Assembly: GCF_001194135.2 (NCBI RefSeq)
Contig: NC_068999.1
Span: 22,320,169-22,384,168, forward strand
Direction of reading: 5' to 3'
Source: Octopus bimaculoides
Lineage: Eukaryota
DNA length: 64,000 nt
Shown: one piece after another, positions 1 through 14,580 of the stretch
Layout of the letters: every line of letters starts with the position of its first letter
Numbering within the stretch: position 1 is the stretch's first letter
Translations under genes and position numbers: made by a program
The notes under the pieces: model-generated
Seen by the model: the letters and a program-made list of their open reading frames with translations, nothing else
Told to the model about the DNA's origin: nothing
Database searches by the model: none

Positions 1-41
1 TAAACATACATGTAGATATATGTGTGTCAGATAAACAGGAG

Positions 42-96
<55 letters not shown>

Positions 97-214
97 CAAT
101 TAATGTCCAGTATGTTCTAACAGATAATGATTAGACATGGGTGCACACATATCTACATACATATGCATGACAGTTTGGTTAGTTGTACGTGTGTGTGTGT
201 GTATATACATATAC

Positions 215-246
<32 letters not shown>

Positions 247-718
247 ATACATACAGACTTCTGACGCCACCACCATCAATACTTTTAACTTCGCCACCTT
301 CTCCTCCACCACCATCACCACTGTCTTTCACATCACTTACTATCACCATTATATCTGACCGCCTCGGCTGCCATCACTACCACCACCATCATCACCATCA
401 CAACCATCAATCTACTAATGCCTTCACCATCTCTATGGCTACTATTACTCTCACCTCAGCAGGAGGAATAAATAGTAGAAATGTCATTGAATGGTGAGAG
501 GTGGGGGTGTCAAAGTGTGACACACTGACACACACAAATTCGTTTTAGCTTTTAATATATGTGTGTGTGTTTCTGTGTGTATATGTATGTATATATGCAT
601 GTGTGTGTATCTATATATATATATATATATATATATATNNNNNNNNNNTACATGTATATATGTATGTGTGTGTATATATATGTATATATATGTTTGTGAG
701 TGTGTCTGTGTGTATGTG

Positions 719-749
<31 letters not shown>

Positions 750-1704
750 GGTGATGTCATAAAAAATTTATGAACTTTCAAGAGACCATGAACAAATTCT
801 CTTGAAATATCTCAATGCACACACATAAAGCAGTAAATAATAGATTTTTTTGACCCCATATTTATGTGCTATCATTTATGGTTTTATGTGTGTACTTTGA
901 GATATATATATATATCCCTCACCATATCACAGTTCACCTATCGCACATTCAGTACATCATGAATTTTTCTGTCTAATATATATAATTTTATATTGGAAAA
1001 CCTCAGAATATCACAGGTTTCTGCAGCCAATAGCTATTTATATTGTTTTAGATTTTAATTATTTCTGTGGGAGGTTTTGGAACATAGCATCTGCAATAGT
1101 TGAAGGATTACTGTATATACATATGTTAGTTTGAAAGAACAGGAGAGATAGAGCTCAATATATGAGTACATACATTTTCTTCTTATTAATTGGTGGAAAG
1201 TGACTCAAACGCTGAAAGTTTTGCACATTACATTTAACAAACTTACTTCAAATCAAAGAGCTTGTTGCTTTATATAGAGTGAATTAATAAGGGTTTCTGG
1301 TTAAGAAATTAAATCAAAGGGTCATGTGAAAATGCATCAGATTAATAAAAAAGAATTTACATCTTACTAAGGTCAACTTTGGTAAGTGACAATATATTTG
1401 AATGGTTAAGATATTGGTTTGAAGGATCCATGGGTTCAGCATTGAGTTCAACTTCTGGTCAATCAATGCTGATCTGGTGCTAGGCAACAAAAACCTACCT
1501 AAAAACAAATACTAATATACTGGTATTTGAAAGATTATTTCCTAAAAGGATATCATCTTGTTATATATATATACATATATATATAAACACACACACACAC
1601 CAGCTTTCATGTATGGCATCTTGGGCAAGTGTCTTCTACAATAGCTCCAAGCTGAGCAATGCTTTGTAAGGGAATTTGGCAGGTGGAAACCATATGGAAA
1701 CCTG

Positions 1705-1741
<37 letters not shown>

Positions 1742-2839
1742 GTGTGTGTGTTTGTGTGTATCATCCCCTCCCCATACTGCTTGACAATGGTGTTGGTTTG
1801 TTTATGTGGCTGCAGCTTAGCAGTTTAGCAAAAGAGACCAATAGAATAAGTATCAGGCTTAAAAAATAAGTGCTAGTGATGATTTGTTTAACTAAACTCT
1901 TCTAAGTCATGTCCCAGCAAGGCTGCAATCCAATGACTGAAAGATGCAAAAGATAAAAGATATCTGAACTGTCTTTCTTATGCAACAATGGAAAAATAGT
2001 CATATAATGTATAAGATACTGATTCCTTATCATCTTGATTCAGCTCAATTCACTGAATCTGAAATGTCTTTAGAATCATGGATATAAATGAATTTTTCGA
2101 CTGGCATTAACTTAGGCCTTTAATAAACTATCAGTTATTTAATCAGGAACTGTTTAAGGTTTCTCAGCTGTGCATTTACCATTACCATAAATCAGTACCA
2201 CTTTCATATTGACAAGCTGTCAACTGAGATAGAAGGTAAGCAATAGCTATTTAGTAAATTCTCTTAGAAATGTTTCTAATTCTGATAAATGCAATATTCA
2301 TGATATAACAATGGTGATGAGGATGCCGATTGCTTTATACAGGAATGAAAGAGAATAAAAAAATTGAGAAAGACTGACAAATGATACAATTTTTAAGAAA
2401 GGAAATTAGGTCATAGACCTTGGTTGGTTGACAACTTCCCAAAACAAATGTGCTCATTGAACCAACAAAAAAGTAACTTATGAGAAGCAATTTAATTTGT
2501 TGAAAAAGAAAGAAAAACATTGGAAAAAAATAAATATGCTCTTTGAGGGAATGTGCATGTATGTGTGTATGAATGCATGTACAAAATAAATATCATGAAG
2601 AAAAGTGATTGTAATTGTGTGAAAGAGATTGGAAAGAAAATTCACTAATGGTACAATTGTGTGGAAAGGTAAAAAAAAAAGTTATTCTTCAGTTGATACA
2701 AGAATAGATTTTATCAATAAGACTCAGATATCGTCATAAGAAAAACAAGAACAAAAATTCCAAGTAATCAGTAAATTCTTCAGTCCGTAAAAGAATATTC
2801 TCATTGTTTATTTAGCATGCATGTGTGTATGTATGTATA

Positions 2840-2875
<36 letters not shown>

Positions 2876-3807
2876 CAAAAATACACATACATACATATAT
2901 ACATACATACATATATTGATTTTTAAATCACATGACCAGTACAGCTAAGATCAATATCTGGCTAAACCTCAGCATCTCTCATCTAACTCCATATTGAATA
3001 AAAAGAAATGAAGTTGCAAAGTGTCTGTGAGTAAAGAAGAATCAAATAGATGCTGACTTCTCTTCTTGCACCTGTATATCTATTTATAGAGATGATCAGC
3101 TAACACACTACAGCTCTAATAAAGCAAGAGGTTACTTCCTGCATATCTGGCAGAACAAGTGCAAGTTCTGCAAAGCCTGAGGTAATTTTCATCTTGAAGT
3201 ACCAACCTTTAACAGATTTGCTTTTTTATTTATTTACTTATTTTTGTTAATCACTAAAACTGCTGTCTTGAGCAAATCAAATAGAAGTCATACTATCTAA
3301 TTATTTATCTCTTAAATTCAGATTACTGAGCTATAGAAGTTAATATTTCAGAATTTGTTGAGTAACAGAACTAGCGCATATCCTGAAAACTTTTCATACT
3401 ACTTTTGCAGTATGTATGTCAAGTATTTTGGGCAAGGTGAAGATGATAAACTACCACTTCCTTAACTATTAAATGTGTATCAAATATGTAAGTATGTATA
3501 ATAGTGGAAGTCTGCTGCTGTTGCAGCAACTGTCTCTACTGTTGCTCTCCTCAAATACAAGTTTTTATGTTTTTGTTGTTGCTCACCTTGCAAGCCAAGA
3601 TTTTGATTCCCATTGGAGGTCACTTTATTTCAGATATACTACTAATGTTTTAGAACAGACCCAAAATAACATCCTATTTCTATTTGCAGTAATCAAGAAA
3701 GTATGGTGACTAAAATCAATAAGGCAGCCATAGCAATCAACTAATACTAAAGGGTGAGTGATGCGCATAGCATTGAGTTTATGACCAAGATGCTGAGAAG
3801 AAGATGC

Positions 3808-5985
3808 TGTTATAGCAAGAATCATGACACCCCCTGTGAGAACTGACTAGCCATGAAGAAATTTCACAGAGTTTTGCACAGTAGAAGTTTTGGGTTACAA
3901 ACAGCTCACTGACCATTATTATCAATTTTGGGGTCAAAGAAAGGAATTCCTACCCATTCAGCAAATAGGTTACAATGCTGGGGTATGATATTGTTGAAGA
4001 ACGATTTTAAGATGGAGTACATACCATCCAAGAAGTTAGGCAATGTGGATTGTTTATCAAGGCTAATTCCAAAATATATGGAACTATTCGAAGATACCGT
4101 GATTGCTGCGCTGCGAGCGGAAAATGAAATAAAAATCATTTTGTGTAACATCATTCAGGAGCTACCAGTAACTGTTCAAAATATAAAACCAAAATTGGAG
4201 AATGACATATTCATTGCAAAAATGAAAGAGACATCGAAGGTAAGAGAAAATATAAATATACGTAACACAAATGTGAACCATTTTTCTCTGTGTGATAATA
4301 TGATGTATGTAGAAACAGTTGTAGTGCCAGTTGCACTACAAAAGCATGTCATCATCATCATCATCATCGTTTAACGTCCGCTTTCCATGCTAGCATGGGT
4401 TGGACGATTTGACTGAGGACTGGTGAAACCAGATGGCTACACCAAGCTCCAATCTGATTTGGCAGAGTTTCTACAGCTGGATGCCCTTCCTAACGCCAAC
4501 CACTCTGAGAGTGTAGTGGGTGCTTTTACGTGCCACCGGCACGAAGGCCAGTCAGGTGGGACTGGCAACAGCCACGCTCAAAATGGTGTATTTTACGTGC
4601 ATGTATTAAGTGAATTTCATATGGGGCACCAAAGGATTTCAAGAATGAAATCAGTAATGAGGAGTTATGTGTATTGGCCTACTATGGACTGTGACATCGA
4701 GCAATTGGTGAAATCCTGCAGAGGTTGTGCTCTCGCAGCAAAGTCACCACCAGTGAAATTCCAATTATGGTCGAAGATGGACAGTCTGTGGTCCAGGCTA
4801 CATAAAGATTTTGGTGGACCAGTAAACAGCACATATTATCTGATCATAGTAGACATTTATACCAAGTGGCCAGAGATATGTAAATGCAGTCAACCAACCT
4901 CGAAGGTAACAATAAGGTTCCTTCACAAGCTTTTTGTGTGACACAGTGTCCCAGACACCATAATATCAGATAACAGAATGCAGTTTGCGGGGTACAAATT
5001 TAGAAATTTCTGTGAGAGGTATGCAATCAATTACATCTCTACTCCACTGTACCACCTGAGATCAAATGGGCAAGCAGAAAGGTTTGTATGCACATTTAAA
5101 CGAGAACTAAAAAAATCAGGAAATGAATTAGGCAATGATGCAGCTCTAACTCAATTCTTAAGGGTTTTACAGGGTTACACCTAACCTAAACATCTGTTCA
5201 GACAAGTCACCCCGCAGAGCTAATGTTTGCCTTGAAGATAAAAATCAATTTTTGATAAATTGTTATCTACAAAAAAAAACTTATAGGGAAAACTCAAGAT
5301 ACACAACAAAGTATTTTAATGTGGGAGATAAAGTTCATTTCAAAATATATAAGAATGGAAGACAAGTTTGGGAGGACAGTATAGTGACAAAAAGAATAGG
5401 CAGTATGATATACATAATAAAAGGTCAAACAGTAGAGCATAAACAACACTTGAACCAGTTGAAGACTAGACATAGAGAAGAAAGAGAAGAAATACCAATG
5501 GAAGTTTATGACTTGTTCAATGTTCCAACACTAACTTCTGAGGAAATTAAAATCTCAAAAAAGGGAGAGGTTACGATGGAAAAAAAAAAGAATAAAATTA
5601 ATTAAACAATTTGCACTTCCTACAGAAGTCAAATTTGAAAAGGGAGATGTTATGGTGTGAATCATGACACCCCATGTGAGAATGGACTAGCCGAACTCAT
5701 ATAAGTAGCAGCGTATTTGACTGAGAGCAAGAGATGAGAAATCGCAGGAAGTTGAAAGGTGGCATTTGTGAGTTCATGGAGTTGCAGAAAATTGTCGAGA
5801 GGTTGTAGTTCATTGAGAGTTGTTTTGGATTGATTACAGCTATGTCAGAGTATTTGGGAATACATCAAGTGGAGACAGTTGGTGTCTGCTCCGTTCTGCA
5901 GTATTGTTTATCACAGCTATAGTGTAGGATACAAAAGTGATATACAGAAATCACATTATAAAAGAAACATTAAACAACATCTGAT
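3808..5985 (+). mobile_element. Internally deleted Ty3/Gypsy LTR retrotransposon relic (RNase H C-terminus, integrase, PPT, 3' LTR)
   Basis: RNase H end (..ILGSKKGIPTHSANRLQCWGMILL...GNVDCLSRL). Integrase HHCC (HMGH..RMKSVMRSYVYWP...CRGC) and DDE segments (WSRLHKDFGGP; PDTIISDN; SNGQAERFV). PPT AAAAGGGAGA at 5638-5647 followed by TGTTAT at 5648. The first 45 bp of the LTR recur at 3808-3852 (38/45 identical). Stops and frameshifts present. The 3' LTR end and TSD were not resolved. Confidence 0.85.
4350..4598 (-). mobile_element. SINE-like retroposon family A (RTE-type 3' end, (GAT)n tail) inserted into the Gypsy integrase
   Basis: TSD GCATGT at 4344-4349 and 4599-4604. Removing the insert restores the frame LQKHVLSEFH. 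Same family at 12859, 31170, 31735 and 34095. Confidence 0.85.
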
Positions 5986-5989
5986 TAGA

Positions 5990-6420
5990 TAACTAACAGC
6001 TTGTCTTTATAATATTTTAGCCTGAGAAGGTTAATGTTTAATACAAGCTCTCTCAGACTAGTGAGGCTGACATAGTTGAAGATCAGCTTGAACTTCTGTA
6101 GGGATGTAGGGGAAAATGTGTGCAGGAGAAAGTGTTTGCAGTAGAGTTTGTAGGATGAAACATAAAGAACAATGAAAGATAAGGGCATTGAGTGAGCTAG
6201 GATAAATGTGGTACACATCTTGCAAGTTTAGAAGAACAGGAAGCATTGGAAGGTTTGCCAGTCAATCAGATGGCCTATTTTGGGATACCTTTTGAACGTA
6301 TTGTTCAGTACTGCATTCCCTAACTCTAGGTGGATGCCACAATACAGCACTGCTGTAAAACTGACGAATGATTCATTGTGACAGAATGAAGTCATATTCA
6401 AGGAAAGATTTGTCTCATCT
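5990..6420 (-). mobile_element. Degraded non-LTR retrotransposon fragment (I/Jockey-like, post-RT region)
   Basis: Weak remnants of a region resembling RPVL.Y...W...LQ..QN.ALR..TG in broken frames. Confidence 0.3.
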
Positions 6421-9400
6421 ACTCAACACCACAGAAAACAGTAACAAGTCAGACAAGCAGACTACAGAAATATGTGAAGAGACTAAAACATTGTTGAACA
6501 ATTTAGCATTATTTTCTTCATTCGAATAAATGTACGTCAATTTATTTACAGGCTTTAATCACTAAAGAATCCCAAGTAACAGGGTAAACTGGTATAGTCC
6601 TCATGAATTATAGTCAAAGCAGCATATTTGCCAATGATATCTTAAGTAAAATTACCTTATGTTAATATATATGTATAATTCAGTCTAAATAAAATTTAGT
6701 TACAATATTATTTTGTGACAGTAAATCTGTCATATGTAAAAAACATAGATTTAACCTAATTATTTGGAGTATATTGCTGTGATGATAATAGATGCAGTAA
6801 TTTTAATTATGAAATATTTCAAATTTTAACTCAATTTACAGATTAGTATCTGCTGTGTGAGATTTAAAGCAGATATCAGGCAGGGCATGAATTTAAGAAT
6901 TTAGTCAGTATTAGCCTTCATAAGAGAAAATATTCAAAGTTATTCTGCTGTGTCTGGGGAGAGTCATTCTCTTTTAGTGCCTTATAATTTAACACACTCA
7001 CCAGTAAAATTTCCACTCATTTATTTATTTTTCTAAAACTTTTCGTTGTCTTGCAACCTTTTCAATAGTCGTTGGCTCTGTCCGTTATTCAAGCTGCATT
7101 CTTTTTGTTTGTTTTTGTGCATATGTGGGCACATACACATGTATGTATGTATATATGTATACATGCATGCAAGTGTGTGTATACATGATATAAGGCACTA
7201 AAAGAGAATTACTCTCCCCAGACACAACAGAATATGCTTCAACACATAAACTCACATAAAGAATCTTGCAAACCAAATCCAAAAATGAAATTCAAAGTTA
7301 TGTTGAAAAACAATGCTTAGTAATGCAAAATATATTCAACTATAAAGTCCTTGTTTGAATTACACATATTTGGAATAATAACTGTTACTTTTGGTGGATA
7401 GAATTAAATGCCAATCCTCTTCATATGTGAAGGCGAATGTTACTACATATGAAAATATACAGCACTCATTAGAGAAATAGCTAATTTATTATATTTTGAC
7501 ACTGATAAAAAGGAAACTATAAAAATGCAAATAGTAAATGATACAAGGCTTATGTGTATTCATCAAGCAGTGCAACATGTACACTAAATGAATACAATGG
7601 ATAAGAGTAAATAGAATGTAGTCTTTCAAAGTACAGTGTTGATTTGAAAGAAAAGCTGCGCTAGACACAAGAAAACAACTAAACATGAAATGTGATTAAG
7701 CTATTTATATAGAAGTATGTTACTCTTGCTATGAGAGAAGAATTAATATTAAAACAAAGCTGGAAAAATAGTTTACTAGAAGAGAAAGCTTAAAGTATCT
7801 CCCTACTGCTTGAGATGGAGTTCAAGTTTATATGAATAAGATATTTTAAAATATAATGGGACAAAATGCAACTAAAATACATTAATAAGAATTCTGAATT
7901 TTCCTTTATATAGACTACACCCTTGTTGTTTTATTAATGTTAACTAGGGTGTAACTGATGGTGAGAATGTCACATTAAGTTTTATTTAACAAAACATTCG
8001 ACATTTAAACTGATGATCTTCAAATATATTCAGAACTTCATATAGTGTCTGATTGCTCAACTCTCTTAAATAAGGTGGTTTTATGATAATACATCCCAGA
8101 TGAGTTGTTGGTCTCATAGATTTACTCTTTACCTCATATTTTCTATATACAATCGATTCAATATAATTGCATAGCTTCATGAATGAAATTCTGATAAAAT
8201 TAACTGGAGTGTACAGCTAAATTTATATAGCAAGTAATCAGGTATTGTTACACACATATAGATAATATAATATACCAAGGATAAGATGTATTTTTAATTA
8301 CAGTCCTTCCGTACAGAACTTTTGAGCCAGTAGCCTGTGATAGGAAAGGCATTCAGATAGAAACCATATCAAAATCATGGGATGTACATGTCAGTTGTGA
8401 ACTCTGCAAGCTGCATTGCAGGTTACTCATCTTGGAGAGCAGTAAGGCCTCTCCCCACCTCCACACACACAGGCCACAAGTTTTCTAGACAAAAGCTTCC
8501 TACATGGGATAAGTTCTGTACCAGAAGCCCTCCCACATGGGGTTAGATTTCAAGTGGAAGCGATAAGATACATGTATTCCACAACTGTAAGACAGTGATA
8601 GCATTTTTTCTCTTCGATATTCTTTAATTACCCAAGTCTAGCTACATAATTAAATTCTTCCATAACATGCAGATTGAGAAAAAATGCAGTTGATAATGAA
8701 AACAACAAAAAAGCATACATTGGCCATTTGATTCAAAACTCCTTTTATAAATATTATCTCCAATGAAGACCTGTTTATTGAAAATTCTCATTTCATAATA
8801 AAGAAGATAAAAATTTACCAAAATCTGAAGTGCAATAGTTTTTAATTCATTGAAATGGTAAAAGTAACTTGAATTCATTTGACTCTTGACATTGCTTGTT
8901 TGTAAAGTGTCATCTTAACTCATAAAAAAAGGAGACTTCTAAAATCACTTTATTCATACTGAATTAAATAAATGTTCAATTTTATGCTACACTGCATCAA
9001 GTTTTTGCTTGAAATCAGAAAAACATTTGGGCAATTAACCAAAATTGATGTTATTTGCATAAGCAATTTACCTATCACTTTTACAAACACTTGACATGAA
9101 ACAGTTCAGTGTTTTGAAAAGTTAAGCAATTAACCAAATTGAGTGCGTTTGAAAAGGTTTTCAGCCGAGAATTTAACATTATGTAAATTTCCAAAATGAA
9201 TCTGAAAATAAGATAAAAATTTAACTATAACCTACATGTAATCTTTCATAAACTTGCTGTTGCCCTAGCAATTGCTATTTTTGTAGTGCATCTCTTTATC
9301 TTAGTTCTACATATTCTTGTTTCAGAAAAAAAAAAAAAAAAAAGATAATCTATAATCTACTTTGGATATCATTGAATCACAAACAGTTCACACAGAGTAC

Positions 9401-10189
9401 ACAAACAGAATAAAACAAGAACTTATTTATTTATTTCATCATCTATTTACTTTTGTAATAGTAAGAGAATAGTAAGCATTCACTATGGATTAAATTGCCA
9501 ATATCTCTTCTCATATGACTCCCATATGTTACAGACTCTTAAAAAATGAGAGGCAATAAAAAAAAAATTGACCTTCATTATAAATGCTATAAAGGTGATA
9601 TCTAAGTATGTAATGCATCTGAAATTGCAGAAAGATATCTTAAATGTTAAATATGTCTGCTGTTTATAGCATTTGGAATTAACATTTGGGATAATTTTTT
9701 TTTATTACAAAAAGAGTAAAAGAAAAAAAAAAGATCCAGTCTTGGTAGAGAAATATCACTAATAAAGCAATATCTAATGAGAAAGAAGTGAAAGCATGAG
9801 CTGCAGGGAAAAGATGTAAGATATACAAATAAAAGAAAGAAGGAGACAAAAATAAATACTTTATCTTTAGACTACTTCTGAAATATAAAAAGAACAAGGG
9901 GCATCTCTCAAACAGTTAATTATATAGAGCACAAATGACTGATATGCGTTATTATTTGGAAATAACAGTAAAATATGTACATATGGACATCCTCTGCACA
10001 TTGGTAAATCCAGAGTCAATACAGCAGAGAAAGAAAGGAAAACTGTTTTTATTTTATAGCTTTGTTATGTTAGTCAATGGAAAGAAGAACAAAGCCCAAG
10101 ATTTTTGCAATCCATCCTAGAATGGTGAAACTAGTGTGGTTAATGAACATCTAAGGGTGGATATCTGCAGAAAAATTCTGAGGAAGGAA

Positions 10190-11260
10190 GGAATTTTAAG
10201 AGATTTTCAGTTTTGATAGTAGAAAGAGTGGGCAAGTCTTCAGTACAGGATCTTGAGGATGAGACATGAGTAGTGAAAAAAGGACAGATGGATACGATGG
10301 TTTGCCTGGGTAGTGAAGTATGAAGTTAGCTAATTCAGAAGTAGCGCCTATTATATGTAGTAAGGTTAGAAGAGACAGGAAAAATAGCATTTTTGTGACT
10401 TAGTGCTTGTAGAATATTAGCAAGTGTATCTTTTAGTTAACTGCATGACCTTTAGTGGAGGTGGGGGATGTAATCTAAAATATTTAACCTGTATCAAAAG
10501 AACTGTCCCAAATACGTGAATAGTAATTTGGATCTTGAGCTTTGTAAAAGGTCAACAACTGATCTGGCTTTAAGTATCCACTGGCTCTAAAGAGGAAGCC
10601 TTCCTTGTCTTTGGGATACAGTTTTGGCAATGTCTAAGGATACCATGAGAGATTAAATATTGAGAGGATCCCACATTTGTAATGCATTTGAAGGTTTTAA
10701 TTGTTCATGTGAAGAAAGGATATGCACCAACACAGTTTCCATGATATGTGTAGCAACTTTGTCATACTGCTGTCGTAGGATTCTAGGCTGTCATGCCTCT
10801 CATGAGGATGCTTCCAAGTTTTTGTTCAGAGAAATTGTGTATGTCTTGAGTGATGACTCTACTATGTATGCAGATAAGCCTATGTGCAGAAGGGTAAGGA
10901 GGAATGAAGCCTTGTATTATCTGCATAGGAGTATATGTTGCTAAATGTGACAGGAAGATTATGATTATCATACACAAAGTACAGTATAGGAAACAATCTT
11001 CACAGCAATGGAGCAGTTTAACAGAAAATTAATGATCCAAGAAATGAGACTCAGATACAGCTCACAGGTGAGTAACTAAATATGTGAACTCATAGGTGAA
11101 TTCACATGGCTAATCATAGTCAAAACCAGCTTTGCTGATGTCAGGGCAACAATGTTGTTTCCATCAGAGTTCTCAACTGGTGCATGTACAAAGTAGCAAG
11201 ACATTAAAGAGGAAGAAAACTCAATGTAGCAAGGTGAGTGGGCAGGGGGAAGATGAAACA
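10190..11260 (-). mobile_element. Degraded CR1/L2/Jockey-group LINE RT fragment
   Basis: Broken frames contain ..IVALTSAKL (ALDISKAF-like) and SYADNTRLH (YADD-like) plus downstream RT/thumb remnants. Confidence 0.5.
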
Positions 11261-12858
11261 TTAAATATATTTAAGATAATTAAGGAGAAATTTCTATAGG
11301 AGATAATGAAATACTTTTTAAAAAAAACCTAGCTATTATTTGGTTAAAGAGAGCAAGTTGATAGAAATAGTATCAGTCTAAATCATTAGCAGCAGTAACA
11401 TGCTAGCATGATTTGGTTAGCTTTTCCGAGATAGTGTTTTATGGCTGGATGCCCTTCCTCTTATGAACCTTTTAGTCACCTCATACAACACATAAGGATG
11501 GCAAACATGAAGTAAATTATCAGACTAAATGTTTTATACTATCTGCTACCAAACTGAGTTCAAATTCTGCCAGAGTTGTATGAATTTTCTCACCACCCAG
11601 AGTCTATCAGTGGAATCAAATCAATGAGCTACATATCATCCTTGCAAAAATTGGTTTTGTGACTAATAAAAAACATCAATATTTGGTGGCCTATATTTGA
11701 TACAGGTGAAATAATCAAAGTAAATGTAAACTAATCTTAAATCCGTAAAATTTATCTGTCATGCAACAAAGCTTTGAAATCTTATTGATAAATGAAAATT
11801 TTTTACTCTTTTAGAATATCCTTTGCATATAAAATAAAATAATTAATTAAAAGAAAGACCTGCATACAAAACAACAGTAGTTTAATTATATTATGCTTGG
11901 TTTTCAAAATTGTTTTATTCTAGTCAGTACTGAGATAGAAAGCAGAAAAATTTAGACTTTTATTCTGAAATCTTTTCATTAGTACTAGTCTCCTACTTCC
12001 AGTTTATGTAGAGATCTAGGTCTATTATCTATTCAAAGATAAGAGTGAGGTGAATTCTAGTGGCCCTACAATAACCTTTCACCAATCTATTAATATACTA
12101 TTGATTGTATCAGCAACTAAATATGTAATAGAGAAGCTGTTAATCTTTGCCTTTCCTTTGTGTGTGTGTGTGTTTTTGCATGCAAGCATGCATGCATGTG
12201 TGCACATGACAAAATTTTTATGCAAAGCTCTTATTCTGCAGACTGCCAGACTACAAAAGCTAGAATCTGGAAAAATGGAAAATTATAAATTGAGCTAGAG
12301 AGCAGTATGAGGCACAAAAAAAATATGAGTATACTAGAACAGTTCAGACAAGTTTCTTTCTCATTAAGCTTTTGGAAAGTTATAAAGATTTTTTTTTTTT
12401 TTTGAGCAAGTGACAGTTATTGAGCAACTTCCAGAAAAATTAAGAGAAAATGCATAACTGAAAAAGGAAAGGCCCTCTGAAATTGCAGGTTTATTTATTT
12501 AAAATAAAATAAAAATACTAAGAAAGTTAAATGAAAATCCTTTGACACTAGAGAAAAATCATTTATTTTAAGATGAAACATATTTTGTATATTCTCTTGG
12601 TGCAGTTTATTCTTGCATATAAAGATTTCTCATTTTAGCAACAAAAAAACTATATGAGGAGGAGTAAGCCAATTGAGTCAACTCCAAAACACAACTAGTA
12701 CTTATTTTAACAACTTCTGAGTAATGAAATGCAAAATTCCCCCAGCAGAATTTCAATATGGATCATAGGTAGACAAAACTAAATAGTGTAAGGGATTTAG
12801 TTCCACACTAACATTTTTGTCTTATTTCCTCTTATTGTAATACTTTTATTCTTTGAAC

Positions 12859-13107
12859 TCGTCGTCGTTTAACGTCCGCTTTCCATGCTAGCATGGGTTG
12901 GACGATTTGACTGAGGACTGGCGAAACCAGATGGCTACACCAGGCTCCAATCTGATCTGGCAGAGTTTCTACAGCTGGATGCCCTTCCTAACGCCAACCA
13001 CTCAGAGAGTGTAGTGGGTGCTTCTACGTGTCACCTGCACGGAGGCCAGTCAGGCGGTACTGGCAACGGCCACGCTCAAAATGGTGCATTTCATGTGCCA
13101 CCCGCAC
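12859..13107 (-). mobile_element. SINE-like family A copy
   Basis: Near-identical to 4350-4598 (cgtttaacgtccgctttccatgctagcatgggttggacg...ggatgcccttcctaacgccaacc). Confidence 0.85.
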
Positions 13108-13879
13108 AAAAAAAAAAAAAAAAATTCACATATTCTTCAATCTCTTCAAAAGGTTTTGTAAGAGTACTATCATCTTATAGGTTGTTTGTTTCTCTATATT
13201 TTTACAAAAAACATTAATTTAGGCCCAATTCAAGCCCAATTATGCAGACTTATGATCAAGAGTGTTTCACTCCCAGTAGCTATGATTTTACAAAAGCCAT
13301 TTTCTTTTTGTCAGATATTATTTAAAACTATCCGTGTAGAGATTGCCTCATTGGGTTTCACATCCGTCTCCTTGTTTTGGTGATGTAATAGCTATAGTAA
13401 TAACTGTCATTCTAATAAATATTCTTATATACACAAAATATTTCACTTAAAATTTTCTATTTAATTAAAAAATATACTATTAATCCTGGTTATATTGTGT
13501 TTGATTTTTCTTACTTTTCTAACACTTACTTCTCATTCATTGCCATATATTGCAGCCTGGCTCATTAAACTTGTAACTAAGCAATGTTTAAATGTAAATA
13601 TGAAATATTTTAGAATCACTGCTTATCAGCTGACGTTCCTATGTTACAGGTCTCATAACTTAAACTACTGGTTTATTATCAACTGCAAATAATTTCACTT
13701 GGAAAATCCAAGCACACATAAAAAAAGTTCAAATGAAATTGCATTTGCAATTTCTAAGTTTCTCAACTAGACAAACTTACTCTTTTGAACTATTACACCT
13801 GACACATCTGAGACAGTTAAGAAGGGGGACCAAAATTAATATATAGAGATATCCCTCCATATTTCCTACACAACAAAAT

Positions 13880-14580
13880 CAACAACTCCAAAGTGGTTCA
13901 TACACATCTATGCTGCAGCTGTACAAACAAGGAGCATTGCCAATAACAATAATGAATCACCCATCATCACTATTTGAGAGGTATTCACTTTCTATTACAA
14001 AAGCTGGAGACCTATATAACTTGTCCTCTTCCAAAATACAACTGAAGCTTTCAGTCTGCTCTCAGAAACAGCTTGACAAACCAACAGAATCTTCCTACTT
14101 GCAACAGTACTCTTGTAGATAAATATAATGTTTTTAGCTTCTAATTTCCCTCACAACACTCATCTCAAAACCCCTCTCAAATTCTCCTTCTCTACTCCAG
14201 TAGTCTCACTCACCATCTGATATAAACAGTTGACAAATGCAAAAACTTTTGGATCACTCCAACCCAACAAGATGAATTGTGCTGTTCGTGTTGCTGCTTT
14301 CACCCTCAAGCGATGTGTTCCCAAACTGGTCCCTACCTAGATCAAACTATTCACCAACCTCTCAGTATATCTATCTAGCCCAACCTATACCAATTATAGG
14401 TTTATTGCCTTCATTTCCAATATTTTCAAAGGCAATGAAAACAATTACTTCCTTCATAATTGTAGGAATATGGCTTTTGTAAAGTCATACCAGTGCATTA
14501 ACAGTTTTGTTCCAATGCTATACTGTACAACAGAATATATTTAGAGACTTTTAGCCAACAATGTAGTGACTGATGTAAAC
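13880..14580 (+). mobile_element. Degraded CR1/L2/Jockey-group LINE fragment (start of RT)
   Basis: PIPIIGLLPSFPIFSKAMKTI resembles NYRPISLLPIFSKVMETI; many stops. Confidence 0.4.

Noticed and set aside
3095-3205. Minus-strand frame WYFKMKITSGFAELALVLPDMQEVTSCFIR, superficially like the Src SH2 start (WYF.KI..AE..LLLP...LIR)
   Set aside because: No polypyrimidine tract or proper acceptor, an early stop, and far lower identity than expected given the near-identical SH3. Judged coincidental.
4423-4941. 172-aa ORF as a host gene
   Set aside because: Chimera of SINE-A sequence and Gypsy integrase.
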